Shown: positions 1 through 8,637 of the stretch, one piece after another | Layout: every line of letters starts with the position of its first letter | How positions within the stretch are numbered: the stretch's first letter is position 1 | Assembly: GCA_022072205.1 (NCBI GenBank) | Contig: JAJVID010000091.1 | Coordinates: 1,192-65,191 of the forward strand | From: Acidobacteriota bacterium | GTDB lineage: Bacteria > Acidobacteriota > Blastocatellia > RBC074 | DNA: 64,000 nt | Direction: 5' to 3' | Program-made: the position numbers and the translations under genes | The notes under the pieces: generated by a model | The model's input: the letters and a program-made list of their open reading frames with translations, nothing else | Database searches by the model: none | What the model was told of the DNA's origin: nothing

Positions 1-1493
1 TTCGCATTTTGCAGCAAGGCGGCAACGCGGTTGACGCGGCGGTCGCGGCGGCGGCTGTGCTCTGCGTTGTCGAGCCGATGATGGTCTCTCCCGGCGGCGA
101 TATGTTCGCGATGGTCTGGGACGCGAAGAAGAAAGAATTGAAGGGGCTGAACGCTAGCGGGCGCTCGCCGCAAGCCATCAGCATTGATGAATTGAAAAAG
201 CGCGGATTTGATCGAATGCCGCAGATCGGCGTTCACACCATCACGGTTCCGGGCGCGGTTGACGGCTGGGCTAAGCTGCTGGAACGTTACGGCACGATGA
301 AACTGGCGCAGGTCTTGCAGCCCGCGATTGAATACGCCGAGCGCGGCTTTCCCGTCACCGATGTCATCGCCACCGATTGGCAGAACGGATTGAGCCACAA
401 GGATCATCCCTATTTCGCCGCGACCTATTTGCCGAACGGCAAGCCGCCCGCGCCGGGTGAAATTTTCGTCAATAAAAATCTGGCCAACACGCTGAAGAAG
501 ATCGCCGCGCAGGGGCCGGATGTTTTCTATCGCGGCGAGATCGCGGCGAAAATCGTCAAATTCCTCAATGAAGAAGGCGGGCTGCACACGCGGCGCGATT
601 TCGCCAACCAGACATCGAACTGGGTTGATCCGATCAACACGACCTATCGCGGCTACACCGTCTACGAGATGCCGCCGAACACGCAGGGGCTGGTCGCGCT
701 TGAAATGCTGAATATCCTGGAAGGTTTCGACGTGAGCAAGCTCGGCCACAACTCCGGCGAGTATCTGCATCTGCTGGTCGAAGCCAAAAAGCAGGCGTTC
801 ATTGACCGCGCGCGCCACATCGCCGATCCGGCGTTTTACCAGGCGCCGCTCGACAAATTGCTCTCGAAAGATTATGCGGCGGAGATGCGCAAGCGGATTG
901 ACGCAGGCCACGTCGCAGGCTCAACGGATTCAAGCCCGCGCGGCGGCGAAGATACCGTCTACCTGACGGTCGTTGACAAAGATCGCAACGCCGTCTCGTT
1001 CATCCAAAGCATCTTCAGCCAGTTCGGTTCGGGGTTAGTCGCGGGCGACACCGGAATCATTCTGCACAATCGCGGCGCGGGTTTTTCGTTCGACCCGGCG
1101 AACGCGAACCGGCTCGAAGGCGGCAAACGCCCGTTCCACACGCTCGTCCCCGCGATGGTTCTGAAAGACGGCAAACCGTGGCTAAGCTTCGGCGTAATGG
1201 GCGGCGATATGCAGGCGCAAGGCCACGTCCAGGTTTTGCTCAACATCATTGATTTCGGGATGGACGTTCAACGCGCGGGCGAGCAACCGCGCTTCCGGGA
1301 TTTCGACGAGGGGCTGGCTCTCGAATCGGAAATCAGCGCAGATGCGCGAAAAACGCTCGAAGCCAAAGGCCACAAGCTGACCACATCGCCGGGAGCGTTC
1401 GGCGGTTATCAGGCGATTATGATTGATCCGAAGTCGGGCGCGCTGTTCGCGGGATCGGATCCGCGCAAGGATGGCTGCGCGATTGGTTGGTGA
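1..1493 (+). CDS. ggt: gamma-glutamyltransferase family protein, 5' end off-window
   Basis: The frame is open to the window edge. GGNAVDAAVA, DTVYLTVVDKDRNAVSF and GVMGGDMQAQG segments are typical of GGT Ntn-hydrolases. It is a paralog of 8638..10380. Confidence 0.85.
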   Translation, partial: RILQQGGNAVDAAVAAAAVLCVVEPMMVSPGGDMFAMVWDAKKKELKGLNASGRSPQAISIDELKKRGFDRMPQIGVHTITVPGAVDGWAKLLERYGTMKLAQVLQPAIEYAERGFPVTDVIATDWQNGLSHKDHPYFAATYLPNGKPPAPGEIFVNKNLANTLKKIAAQGPDVFYRGEIAAKIVKFLNEEGGLHTRRDFANQTSNWVDPINTTYRGYTVYEMPPNTQGLVALEMLNILEGFDVSKLGHNSGEYLHLLVEAKKQAFIDRARHIADPAFYQAPLDKLLSKDYAAEMRKRIDAGHVAGSTDSSPRGGEDTVYLTVVDKDRNAVSFIQSIFSQFGSGLVAGDTGIILHNRGAGFSFDPANANRLEGGKRPFHTLVPAMVLKDGKPWLSFGVMGGDMQAQGHVQVLLNIIDFGMDVQRAGEQPRFRDFDEGLALESEISADARKTLEAKGHKLTTSPGAFGGYQAIMIDPKSGALFAGSDPRKDGCAIGW

Positions 1494-1574
1494 GCAATGT
1501 TGCTGCGCATTGGTATAATGCCCGGCAGAATCGCAACGCCGCCGATTCAAAAGCCGTACGCCAGGAGATGAGTT

Positions 1575-2294
1575 ATGAGTTTGCATAAAAGAGCGCGGGC
1601 CAGAGAAATCTATTACCCCGAATCGGACGGAGAGCCTATGGCCGAAACCGATCTGCATCGCAACCTGATGGTGGAACTGATCTCCGAGTTGGAGATTTTC
1701 TTTCAGAACGATTCCGATGTTTACGTCTCAGGCAATTTGCTGATCTATTACGTCGAGGGCGATCCGACCAAGTGTTTCGCGCCGGATGTCTTTGTCGTTC
1801 GCGGCGCGTCCAAACACGAGCGGCGCATTTACAAGCTTTGGGAAGAGGGACGCGCGCCGGACGTGGTCTTCGAGATCACGTCCCGCAAGACGGCGCTCAA
1901 GGACGCGCAGCAAAAGTCGCAGTTATACGCGCGGTTGGGCGTAAAGGAATACTTTCTATATGACCCGGAATACGATTGGATGCCCGACGGGCTTGCCGCT
2001 TATCGGCTTGAAGATGGGCAGTACGTAGAGGTCGAAATCAAGGACGGCTCAGCTTACAGCAAAACTCTGGGATTGGACGTCGTGGACACTGGCGATACGT
2101 TGAGGCTGCGCGATCCGTGGACCAAACGCTTTCTGCCAACGAGGCAAGAAATGATCGAAGCGCAGCGACTGGCCGAAGTCGCTCGACAGCAAGCCGAAGC
2201 GCGCGCGCAAGCGGAGGCTGAGGCTCGCGAGAAGGCCGAAGCGGAAATCGTCAGGTTGCGCGAGGAGTTGACTCGCCTTCGTTCGCAAAGCTGA
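1575..2294 (+). CDS. Uma2 (DUF820) family endonuclease with C-terminal Ala/Glu coiled-coil tail
   Basis: YPESDGEPMAETDLH...APDVFVV...PDVVFEITS...K...Y matches the Uma2 PD-(D/E)xK-like pattern. The tail reads AEARAQAEAEAREKAEAE. Confidence 0.85.
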   Translation: MSLHKRARAREIYYPESDGEPMAETDLHRNLMVELISELEIFFQNDSDVYVSGNLLIYYVEGDPTKCFAPDVFVVRGASKHERRIYKLWEEGRAPDVVFEITSRKTALKDAQQKSQLYARLGVKEYFLYDPEYDWMPDGLAAYRLEDGQYVEVEIKDGSAYSKTLGLDVVDTGDTLRLRDPWTKRFLPTRQEMIEAQRLAEVARQQAEARAQAEAEAREKAEAEIVRLREELTRLRSQS

Positions 2295-2327
2295 AACCGC
2301 TACATTCTGGTGTTGAGGTAACGCCGC

Positions 2328-3011
2328 TTGCCCATCAAATACGATTTCATTCCCCTCGATTTCAATCGCCTCTCACCAGAAAAACAACAGCGGCGAGCAG
2401 TCGAATTTTACGAATTGATGAAGCGCCGCCGCACAGTGCGCGAATTCTCCCCAGAGCCTGTCCCTTTTGAATTGATCGAACTTGCGATCAAGACCGCGGG
2501 CGTAGCTCCGTCGGGCGCAAACCAGCAACCGTGGCGTTTCGTCGTCGTCAGCAACCCTGAGATCAAACGGCGGATTCGATTGGCGGCGGAAGAGGAAGAG
2601 CGGGAGAATTACAGCGGTCGCTTCCCCGACGAATGGTTGCAGGCTCTGGCGCCGCTCGGCACCGATTGGCATAAAGAGTTCTTGGAGACCGCGCCTTATC
2701 TGATCGTCGTCTTCAAGATTGATTATGGCGTTGAGTCAACGCCTGACGGCGGCGAGCGCAGGATCAAGCATTATTACGTCAACGAATCGGTCGGCATCGC
2801 GTGCGGGATGCTGCTGACGGCGCTTCACAACGCCGGGCTGGCGACGTTGACGCACACGCCCAACCCGATGGGATTTTTAAGCGAAATTTTGAAACGACCG
2901 AAGAACGAAAAACCGTATTTGCTTGTGCCGGTCGGTTATCCTGCCGACGGCGTCAAAGTTCCCGACATCACGAAGAAACGTTTTGAAGAGATCGCGGAAG
3001 TGATCGAATAA
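2328..3011 (+). CDS. nitroreductase family protein (iodotyrosine-deiodinase-like subgroup)
   Basis: [13 protein letters not shown]...[18 protein letters not shown] is the classic nitroreductase N-terminal signature. Start codon is TTG. Confidence 0.8.
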   Translation: MPIKYDFIPLDFNRLSPEKQQRRAVEFYELMKRRRTVREFSPEPVPFELIELAIKTAGVAPSGANQQPWRFVVVSNPEIKRRIRLAAEEEERENYSGRFPDEWLQALAPLGTDWHKEFLETAPYLIVVFKIDYGVESTPDGGERRIKHYYVNESVGIACGMLLTALHNAGLATLTHTPNPMGFLSEILKRPKNEKPYLLVPVGYPADGVKVPDITKKRFEEIAEVIE

Positions 3012-3022
3012 CGTAAAGCGGC

Positions 3023-3103
3023 GTCCGGCGAGCTGCCAGCTTGCCGCAGGCTCCGGCAATTGTCCTTTCATCAAGCTCACGACAAGCTGGCAGCTTGTCG
3101 GAC
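3023..3103. repeat. long inverted repeat / stem-loop between nitroreductase stop and Gfo RBS
   Basis: GCTGCCAGCTTG (3032-3043) is the exact reverse complement of CAAGCTGGCAGC (3083-3094). Pairing extends to about 21 bp with two G-U pairs, and the loop is 39 nt. Confidence 0.6.
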
Positions 3104-3122
3104 ATTCTTCAGGAGACCAGAA

Positions 3123-4451
3123 ATGAAAAAAGATTCGACAGGCAAAGATTCCAAACCCACGCGCCGCGACTTTGTCAAAACTACGGCGGCCGCAGGCGCA
3201 GGATTGTTAATCGTCCCATCGGCCACGGCCTTCGGCTCGGCGGCCAATTCGTCGCTCGGACTTGGCATCATCGGGTGCGGCGGGCGCGGCAATTATGACG
3301 GCGGCGAATTCGTCCGCAACACTGATGTGCGCGTGACAGCGTTGATGGATGTGTTCGAGGACCGTGTGGGAGCGACGCGCGCGCGCTTCGACAAGATGGC
3401 CGAGGAGAAGGGGCAGGGCAAGATCGCTGAAGCCAATCTCTTCAAAGGCCATCGCGGTTACGAGAAGCTGGTGCAATCGAAAGACGTTGATCTGGTGCTC
3501 GTCACCAGCCCGCCCTATTTTCACCCGGATCATCTGGAAGCCGCCGTCGGCGCCGGTAAACACGTCTATCTGGAAAAACCGGTGGCGACTGACGTCACCG
3601 GCTGCCTGCGCGTAAAGAACATCGGCAAGAAATATGACGGCAAGGTCAGCATGCACGTCGGTTTCCAGAAACGTTATGACGAAGGCTATCGCGGGATGAT
3701 CGAACGCATTCACGCGGGCGAGATCGGCGACATCGTGCTGGGCCAGAGCTTTTATTTCACGAACGATCTGGGCCGGCAAAACAAACCCGGCATGTCCGAT
3801 CTGGAAGCGCGCATCCGCAACTGGGTTTTCGACCGCGCATTGTCGGGCGACATTCTGGTCGAACAGAACATCCACATCATTGATATTGTCAACTGGGCGA
3901 TGAAATCGCATCCCGTGAAAGCGGCGGGCACGAGCGGGCGCGCGCTGCGCAAACAGGTTGACGGCATCCCGGCTGACTATCTGTGCAGCGATCACTTCAT
4001 CCTGACCTACACCTATCAAACAGCCGCGGGCGACGTTCACGTCAGCTTCAATTCGAACCAGTTCAAAAACAAAGGCTACCGGCAGCAGGGCGAACGCTTC
4101 TTCGGCAGCAAGGGCGCGGCTGAATCGTTCCAAAGCGGCCCGGCGACAATCAACTACAACCAGGTGGAGGAAGGCCAGAAGGTCGCCGACAAGATTGACA
4201 CCGGCAAGGTTGACCTGCACCTCGCGGTCGGAACGAAGATGAAGGCGTTGGTCGAAAGCATCAAATCGGGCAAGTTCGACAATCAATGCGAACAAGGCGC
4301 CGACTCCACGCTGACGACTATCCTCGGGCGCACGGCTGCTTACTCAGGCCGTGAAGTGACCTGGGACAAGATGATCAAGTCGAACGAGAAATGGGATCTC
4401 AGGCTCAATCTGGATTCGCTCGGCGGCGGAGCGGTCTCGATGAAAGGCTGA
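3123..4451 (+). CDS. Gfo/Idh/MocA family oxidoreductase with Tat signal
   Basis: ATG at 3123 follows a GGAGA RBS. The N-terminus has TRRDFVKTTAAAGAGLL (twin-arginine) and the GIIGCGGRG Rossmann motif. The listed 3060 start would read through the upstream hairpin. Confidence 0.85.
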   Translation: MKKDSTGKDSKPTRRDFVKTTAAAGAGLLIVPSATAFGSAANSSLGLGIIGCGGRGNYDGGEFVRNTDVRVTALMDVFEDRVGATRARFDKMAEEKGQGKIAEANLFKGHRGYEKLVQSKDVDLVLVTSPPYFHPDHLEAAVGAGKHVYLEKPVATDVTGCLRVKNIGKKYDGKVSMHVGFQKRYDEGYRGMIERIHAGEIGDIVLGQSFYFTNDLGRQNKPGMSDLEARIRNWVFDRALSGDILVEQNIHIIDIVNWAMKSHPVKAAGTSGRALRKQVDGIPADYLCSDHFILTYTYQTAAGDVHVSFNSNQFKNKGYRQQGERFFGSKGAAESFQSGPATINYNQVEEGQKVADKIDTGKVDLHLAVGTKMKALVESIKSGKFDNQCEQGADSTLTTILGRTAAYSGREVTWDKMIKSNEKWDLRLNLDSLGGGAVSMKG

Positions 4452-4479
4452 TCGGCAATACAGACTCATTTAAGTTTGC

Positions 4480-4521
4480 GCGAGGTGGCGCGTGGGTTTA
4501 ACCCGCGCCACCTCGCATTTT
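4480..4521 (+). terminator. intrinsic terminator after Gfo oxidoreductase
   Basis: GCGAGGTGGCGC (4480-4491) pairs with GCGCCACCTCGC (4505-4516), and the stem extends by 3 more bp. It is followed by A-TTTT. Confidence 0.7.
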
Positions 4522-4629
4522 CATTCCTCGGATTAATCAGGAACCGATTCAGGATCAGAGCGTTTTACGGCCTTGCCTCCTCATGCCCCAATCACTCTGC
4601 CCCACATTCTCATCCTCAAGGAGTTCCAG

Positions 4630-5211
4630 ATGAAATCAGTCAAGTTATTTCAGATCGTATCCACATTTACTTTGCTCACCCTCCTTTGCACGATCGCGCT
4701 CTCTCAGTCGGAGACGCCTAAAACCGAAGTAGGAATACATTACACAGGACTGCGTTTTGGCAGCTTCGACAATATAGGCCCAGGTGTAGGCGTTAGAGCG
4801 ACACGCAACCTGAATGATAATTTGGCCGTGGAAGGCGAGATCAATTTCTTTCCGCAGTCGCGCGCTGAATACGTCAACCGAGCTATAGACGAAGAGAGAT
4901 TTCAAGGGCTGTTCGGAGTGAAGGCAGGCTTCAGGCGAAGCAGATTTGGGGCTTTCATCAAAGCCCGTCCAGGCTTTATCCGCGTCACGGCTATTGACCT
5001 GGTTAAGCCTGGCGCCAATTTTGAGGACAGAACACTTTTCAACTTCGATGTTGGCGGCGTTTTCGAGTTCTACCCGCTAGATCACTTTCTTCTTCGAGCA
5101 GATATCGGCGATACATTCATCAGACTTGTCAGACGTTACCCTGAGACTCCTGAGATAAATCGGGTCAGAGGCGTTTTGCAGATCAGCGTAGGTGTCGGAT
5201 ACCGTTTTTGA
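4630..5211 (+). CDS. small outer-membrane beta-barrel-like protein with signal peptide
   Basis: MKSVKLFQIVSTFTLLTLLCTIALSQ is a signal peptide. The sequence alternates hydrophobic residues and ends in GVGYRF, an aromatic terminus typical of OMPs. Confidence 0.6.
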   Translation: MKSVKLFQIVSTFTLLTLLCTIALSQSETPKTEVGIHYTGLRFGSFDNIGPGVGVRATRNLNDNLAVEGEINFFPQSRAEYVNRAIDEERFQGLFGVKAGFRRSRFGAFIKARPGFIRVTAIDLVKPGANFEDRTLFNFDVGGVFEFYPLDHFLLRADIGDTFIRLVRRYPETPEINRVRGVLQISVGVGYRF

Positions 5212-5213
5212 TA

Positions 5214-5251
5214 AAAGGGCGGGTCTCGAACGTATTTGTTTGAGGCCCTTT
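5214..5251. terminator. hairpin between convergent genes (possible bidirectional terminator)
   Basis: AAAGGGC/GCCCTTT plus an inner CTCGAAC/GTTTGAG stem (one G-U, 4-nt bulge). There is no clear T-tract on the + side. Confidence 0.35.
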
Positions 5252-5319
5252 CCATACCCCGATGATCGCGTCTGTCACTGCCGGGTTTCGCAACGTCCAC
5301 GCAATCGCGGCTTCGCTTG

Positions 5320-6651
5320 TTATCGCGCTAACAAAATCCGCAGATCGCGCACGTTATTGCCGGTCGGCCCGGTGATGATCGCGTCGCCGAGCGCGTTGAA
5401 GAAATTGAATGAGTCGCTGTTTTGCAGCAGTTCTTCCGCCAAGATATTTTTCTCTTCAGCCCGCCGCAACGTGCCAACGTCGGCAATCGCCCCGTCAGCC
5501 GGACTATTGCCGTCAATGCCGTCGGTGCCCGCGCTGAGCGCAACGACATCCGGCAGGCCGCGTTGATGCAGATGAATCGCAGCGCGCAACACGAACTCCT
5601 GATTTCGCCCGCCCTGCCCATCGCCGCGAACCGGGCAGATGGCTTCCCCTCCCGACAACAGACATACGATCTTTCCCGGGCGCCGGTGGCGCAACGCGAC
5701 GACGCGTTCGACGTGAGTCAGCGCCATCGCCTCAACATCGCCTTCAACCAGGTCTTCGGCGATTTCGACCACGCAGCCGAAATCCGATTCGGCGATTCGT
5801 TTGGCTTCAAGCAAGGCCTTGCGATTGTCCAGCAGCAGATGATGCGAGCGCCGATCAGCGTCTTCGGCTTTCGCGCGCGGCAGGTCGGGCAATTCGCCGC
5901 CAGCGATCAAGGCCGCGACGTGAGCGGGAAATTTATCGAGCAGATCGTAGCGTTCGACGATGCGGTCGAACTCCTCTCGCGTGGCCGCGCTCGGCAGCGT
6001 CGGCCCGGAAGAGATGGTTGAAAGGTCGTCGCTGTTGACATCTGAAATATAGAGCGAAATCTGGCGCGAGCGCGGCGCGGCGGCGGCCAGGCGCCCGCCT
6101 TTGACCGCCGACAGAAAACGCCGGACGACGTTCATCTCCGCGATCACCGCGCCGCAGTCAACCAACACGCGATTGATCGTTCGCAAATCGTCGAGCGTGA
6201 TCGCCTCGTCAATCGGATTTTCAAACAAGGCCGAACCGCCGCCTGAGATCAAAAACAAAACGAGCGTGTCGTCGGCGTCGTTCGAGCGCAGAATTTCCAG
6301 AGCTTTTGACGCGGCTTCGAGACTGCCTTCGTTCGGCAAAGGATGTCCGCCGATGATCACCGGCAAAAGCCGCGGCGACTTTCCGATCACAGCGTTGGTG
6401 GCGACCAGGCCGCCGCTGATGCGAGCGCCGAGAATATGCTCGACCGCGCGCGCCATCGGGACACTGGCTTTGCCGATGGCGATAACGATGACGCGTTTGA
6501 ACCGCGCCAGTTCAATTTCTTCGTCGCCAACCGCGAGCCGGTCGTCGTTCAATCGCGCGTACGCGCGCACAACCGATCCAACGTCAATCCTGGCCAACGT
6601 TCGATGGAAAATTTCGAGCGCGATGTTTCGCAACTCTGATGTTGAATTCAT
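5320..6651 (-). CDS. glycerate 2-kinase / hydroxypyruvate reductase-like (DUF4147 + MOFRL)
   Basis: GGHPLPNEGS, LISGGGSAL, LLSGGE...GGRNQEF and AGTDGIDGNSPADGA are hallmark segments of TtuD/GckA-type glycerate kinases. Confidence 0.85.
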   Translation of the reverse strand: MNSTSELRNIALEIFHRTLARIDVGSVVRAYARLNDDRLAVGDEEIELARFKRVIVIAIGKASVPMARAVEHILGARISGGLVATNAVIGKSPRLLPVIIGGHPLPNEGSLEAASKALEILRSNDADDTLVLFLISGGGSALFENPIDEAITLDDLRTINRVLVDCGAVIAEMNVVRRFLSAVKGGRLAAAAPRSRQISLYISDVNSDDLSTISSGPTLPSAATREEFDRIVERYDLLDKFPAHVAALIAGGELPDLPRAKAEDADRRSHHLLLDNRKALLEAKRIAESDFGCVVEIAEDLVEGDVEAMALTHVERVVALRHRRPGKIVCLLSGGEAICPVRGDGQGGRNQEFVLRAAIHLHQRGLPDVVALSAGTDGIDGNSPADGAIADVGTLRRAEEKNILAEELLQNSDSFNFFNALGDAIITGPTGNNVRDLRILLAR

Positions 6652-6667
6652 AGTATTGCCGGGCCAT

Positions 6668-7222
6668 TCACTTCTTGACGCGTCTGGCCATGTAAATATC
6701 GGGTTTGCCGAATCCGTTCGCGTCTGGCGCCACGCCGACGATCACGAATCCCAGCTTCTGATAAAACTCGTAGGGGTGGCCGCGCAGGTTTTCGATCTTC
6801 GACAAGTGTTCGAGCGGGTTCGGATAAAGATCAACTCCACCGAGCGAAGTCAGATTGTTTTCGTCGTCCGTGCCCACCCACAAAGTTTGTCCGTCGAGCG
6901 CGGCGATACGCGCTTCCAAATCTTCAACCAGAGCGCGCCCGACGCCGCGCCCCTGCGTCTTCGGGCTGACCGCGAGCGGGTGCAATTCCCACACGTTGCC
7001 GTTGTACATTTTGATCGCTCCAATCCAACCCAGAACCGATCCGTCATCGTCAACAGCGATGCGGCTGATGCGGCCTTCAGCAAACGATTCGCGGACTTCT
7101 CCCAGCGCGTCGTCAATCGTCGGCCAGGCATCGGGCCAATGCTCGTTGAAAGCATCGAAAAGCAGTTCCGCCGTTTGCCTGATCAAATTTTCATCGTTCG
7201 GCGAAAGATCAATGATTCGCAT
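6668..7222 (-). CDS. GNAT family N-acetyltransferase (AAC(6')-like fold, substrate unknown)
   Basis: LHPLAVSPKTQGRGVGRALV is the acetyl-CoA binding motif A (Q/RxxGxG/A). Confidence 0.8.
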   Translation of the reverse strand: MRIIDLSPNDENLIRQTAELLFDAFNEHWPDAWPTIDDALGEVRESFAEGRISRIAVDDDGSVLGWIGAIKMYNGNVWELHPLAVSPKTQGRGVGRALVEDLEARIAALDGQTLWVGTDDENNLTSLGGVDLYPNPLEHLSKIENLRGHPYEFYQKLGFVIVGVAPDANGFGKPDIYMARRVKK

Positions 7223-7301
7223 AGCCGCTCCTCACGCGTTGTTGACAGATCGAAAGCTGTGCTAGTTTTGCGCCGCATTCTACGATGTCCCTTCAAAAAG
7301 C

Positions 7302-7871
7302 ATGATGGCATCCAATTCTCATCACAACAACATGACAACAAAGCTCATCTTCGCCGTAGGCTCAGAAAACCCCGTCAAAATCAACTGCGTCGCCGAAGCC
7401 ATCGCTGAATTCCGGCCCGGCGCGAAAGCCGTCGGGATCAATACGGATTCCGGCGTCAGCCATCAGCCGCTGTCCGATCACGAGATGCTCACGGGCGCTT
7501 TGAATCGCGCCCGGCAAGCTCTCGCCAAAATCCCCGAAGCCGATTTCGGCGTCGGTATCGAAGGCGGAACGCTCGACACTGAAGACGGAATGTGGGCTTA
7601 CGCCTGGGTCGTTGTCGTTGATCGAGAAGGGCGCGTGGGCAAAGGACAGACTGGGCGGTTTTTGTTACCCGAAGCCGTCGCTCAGATGGTTCGTGAAGGG
7701 ATGGAATTGGGTGAAGCCGATGATCACTTTTTCGGACGAGATAATTCAAAACAGAAGGAAGGCGCAATTGGCATTCTGTCCGGCGGACGTATAACGAGGC
7801 TGACTTTATACAAGCCTGCTGTGACTTTCGCGCTGCTGCGTTTTGTTCATCCGGAATATTACGAGGCGTGA
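7302..7871 (+). CDS. yjjX: inosine/xanthosine triphosphatase (YjjX/DUF84 family)
   Basis: KLIFAVGSENPVKINCV...SGVSHQPLSDHEMLTGALNRA...FGVGIEGG. The true start may be the internal ATG at about 7332. Confidence 0.75.
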   Translation: MMASNSHHNNMTTKLIFAVGSENPVKINCVAEAIAEFRPGAKAVGINTDSGVSHQPLSDHEMLTGALNRARQALAKIPEADFGVGIEGGTLDTEDGMWAYAWVVVVDREGRVGKGQTGRFLLPEAVAQMVREGMELGEADDHFFGRDNSKQKEGAIGILSGGRITRLTLYKPAVTFALLRFVHPEYYEA

Positions 7872-7877
7872 ATTGGT

Positions 7878-8282
7878 TCAGACGGCGGAAGCGGCGCCTG
7901 ATCCGCCGAGCAAGTTTCTGACCGTCGCCATCAAGCTCTGGCGATCATTGCTCGACTTGTCAATGAAACGATCTATTCCGGCGTTCATCTTTTCGGGCAG
8001 GTTGTAATCGGTGAGGTTCGCGCTGAGCGCGATGATCGGAATGCCGGCGATCTTGCCTCTCTGACGGCGCAACAACCGCGCCAACTCCACTCCGTCCAGA
8101 ATGGGCATGTTCAAATCAGTGATGACCAGGTCGGGTTGGTGGGTCATCGCCTGCAAATATCCTTCATCGCCGTCGCGCGCAGTGACCACAACAAATCCTT
8201 CCAGCCGCAGCAACTCCGTCAGCGTGATGCGCAGATTTTGATCGTCCTCGACAACGAGGATCTTGTGCCTAAGGTTTGACAT
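7878..8282 (-). CDS. single-domain response regulator (CheY-like receiver)
   Basis: KILVVEDD...PDLVITDLNMPILDG...IPIIALSA shows the receiver acidic pocket, phospho-Asp and conserved T/S-A positions. GGAGGAG RBS. Confidence 0.85.
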   Translation of the reverse strand: MSNLRHKILVVEDDQNLRITLTELLRLEGFVVVTARDGDEGYLQAMTHQPDLVITDLNMPILDGVELARLLRRQRGKIAGIPIIALSANLTDYNLPEKMNAGIDRFIDKSSNDRQSLMATVRNLLGGSGAASAV

Positions 8283-8563
8283 AACAATTCTCCTCCCGAC
8301 CTTTACATCTGATCAGCCTGACACTCCAGGCTGGCAAGTATGTTTTCAGGCTGTGACCGCAAAGGGATATGAGGCTGGTCAGCAACGCATGTGCCAGTAT
8401 TAGCGTTTTGATGAGTCGTCAAAACGTAATGCTGTAAGCATTTGACTTAACTCTACTTTGGTAGGGGGAGATAGGCGCCAGACGCTCATTCGCAATGTAA
8501 GATTTTCGTGCGATTCATTTTTTTCTGTGTTCTTTCTTTACACAGTTTCAGCAATGTAAGTGT

Positions 8564-8629
8564 CGGTAGCCCGCGCGTGAGCAAGGGCTTGGATTGCGAC
8601 AAAAACCCTTGTTCACGCGCGGGCTACCG
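8564..8629. repeat. about 24-bp stem-loop immediately after the ggt stop (terminator-like, no U-tract)
   Basis: GGTAGCCCGCGCGTGAGCAAGGG (8565-8587) pairs with CCCTTGTTCACGCGCGGGCTACC (8606-8628) with one G-U. The loop is 18 nt. Confidence 0.6.
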
Positions 8630-8637
8630 GCACGATA

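Noticed and set aside
3060-3122. Track start codons giving N-terminal extensions (3060 for Gfo; likewise 4573, 13004, 20149, 24144, 27732, 34574, 34866, 41129, 44715, 55681)
   Set aside because: Downstream starts have proper RBSs and yield signal peptides or canonical N-termini. The extensions read through hairpins, repeats or upstream genes.
3207-4295. 362-aa minus-strand ORF
   Set aside because: It lies antisense to the Tat-Gfo/Idh/MocA gene, which has clear motifs. No motif of its own was found.
6101-7408. 435-aa + strand ORF spanning the glycerate kinase and GNAT regions
   Set aside because: It lies antisense to two well-supported minus-strand genes. The translation is Arg/Ser/Ala-rich low complexity with no motif, a typical GC-rich shadow ORF.
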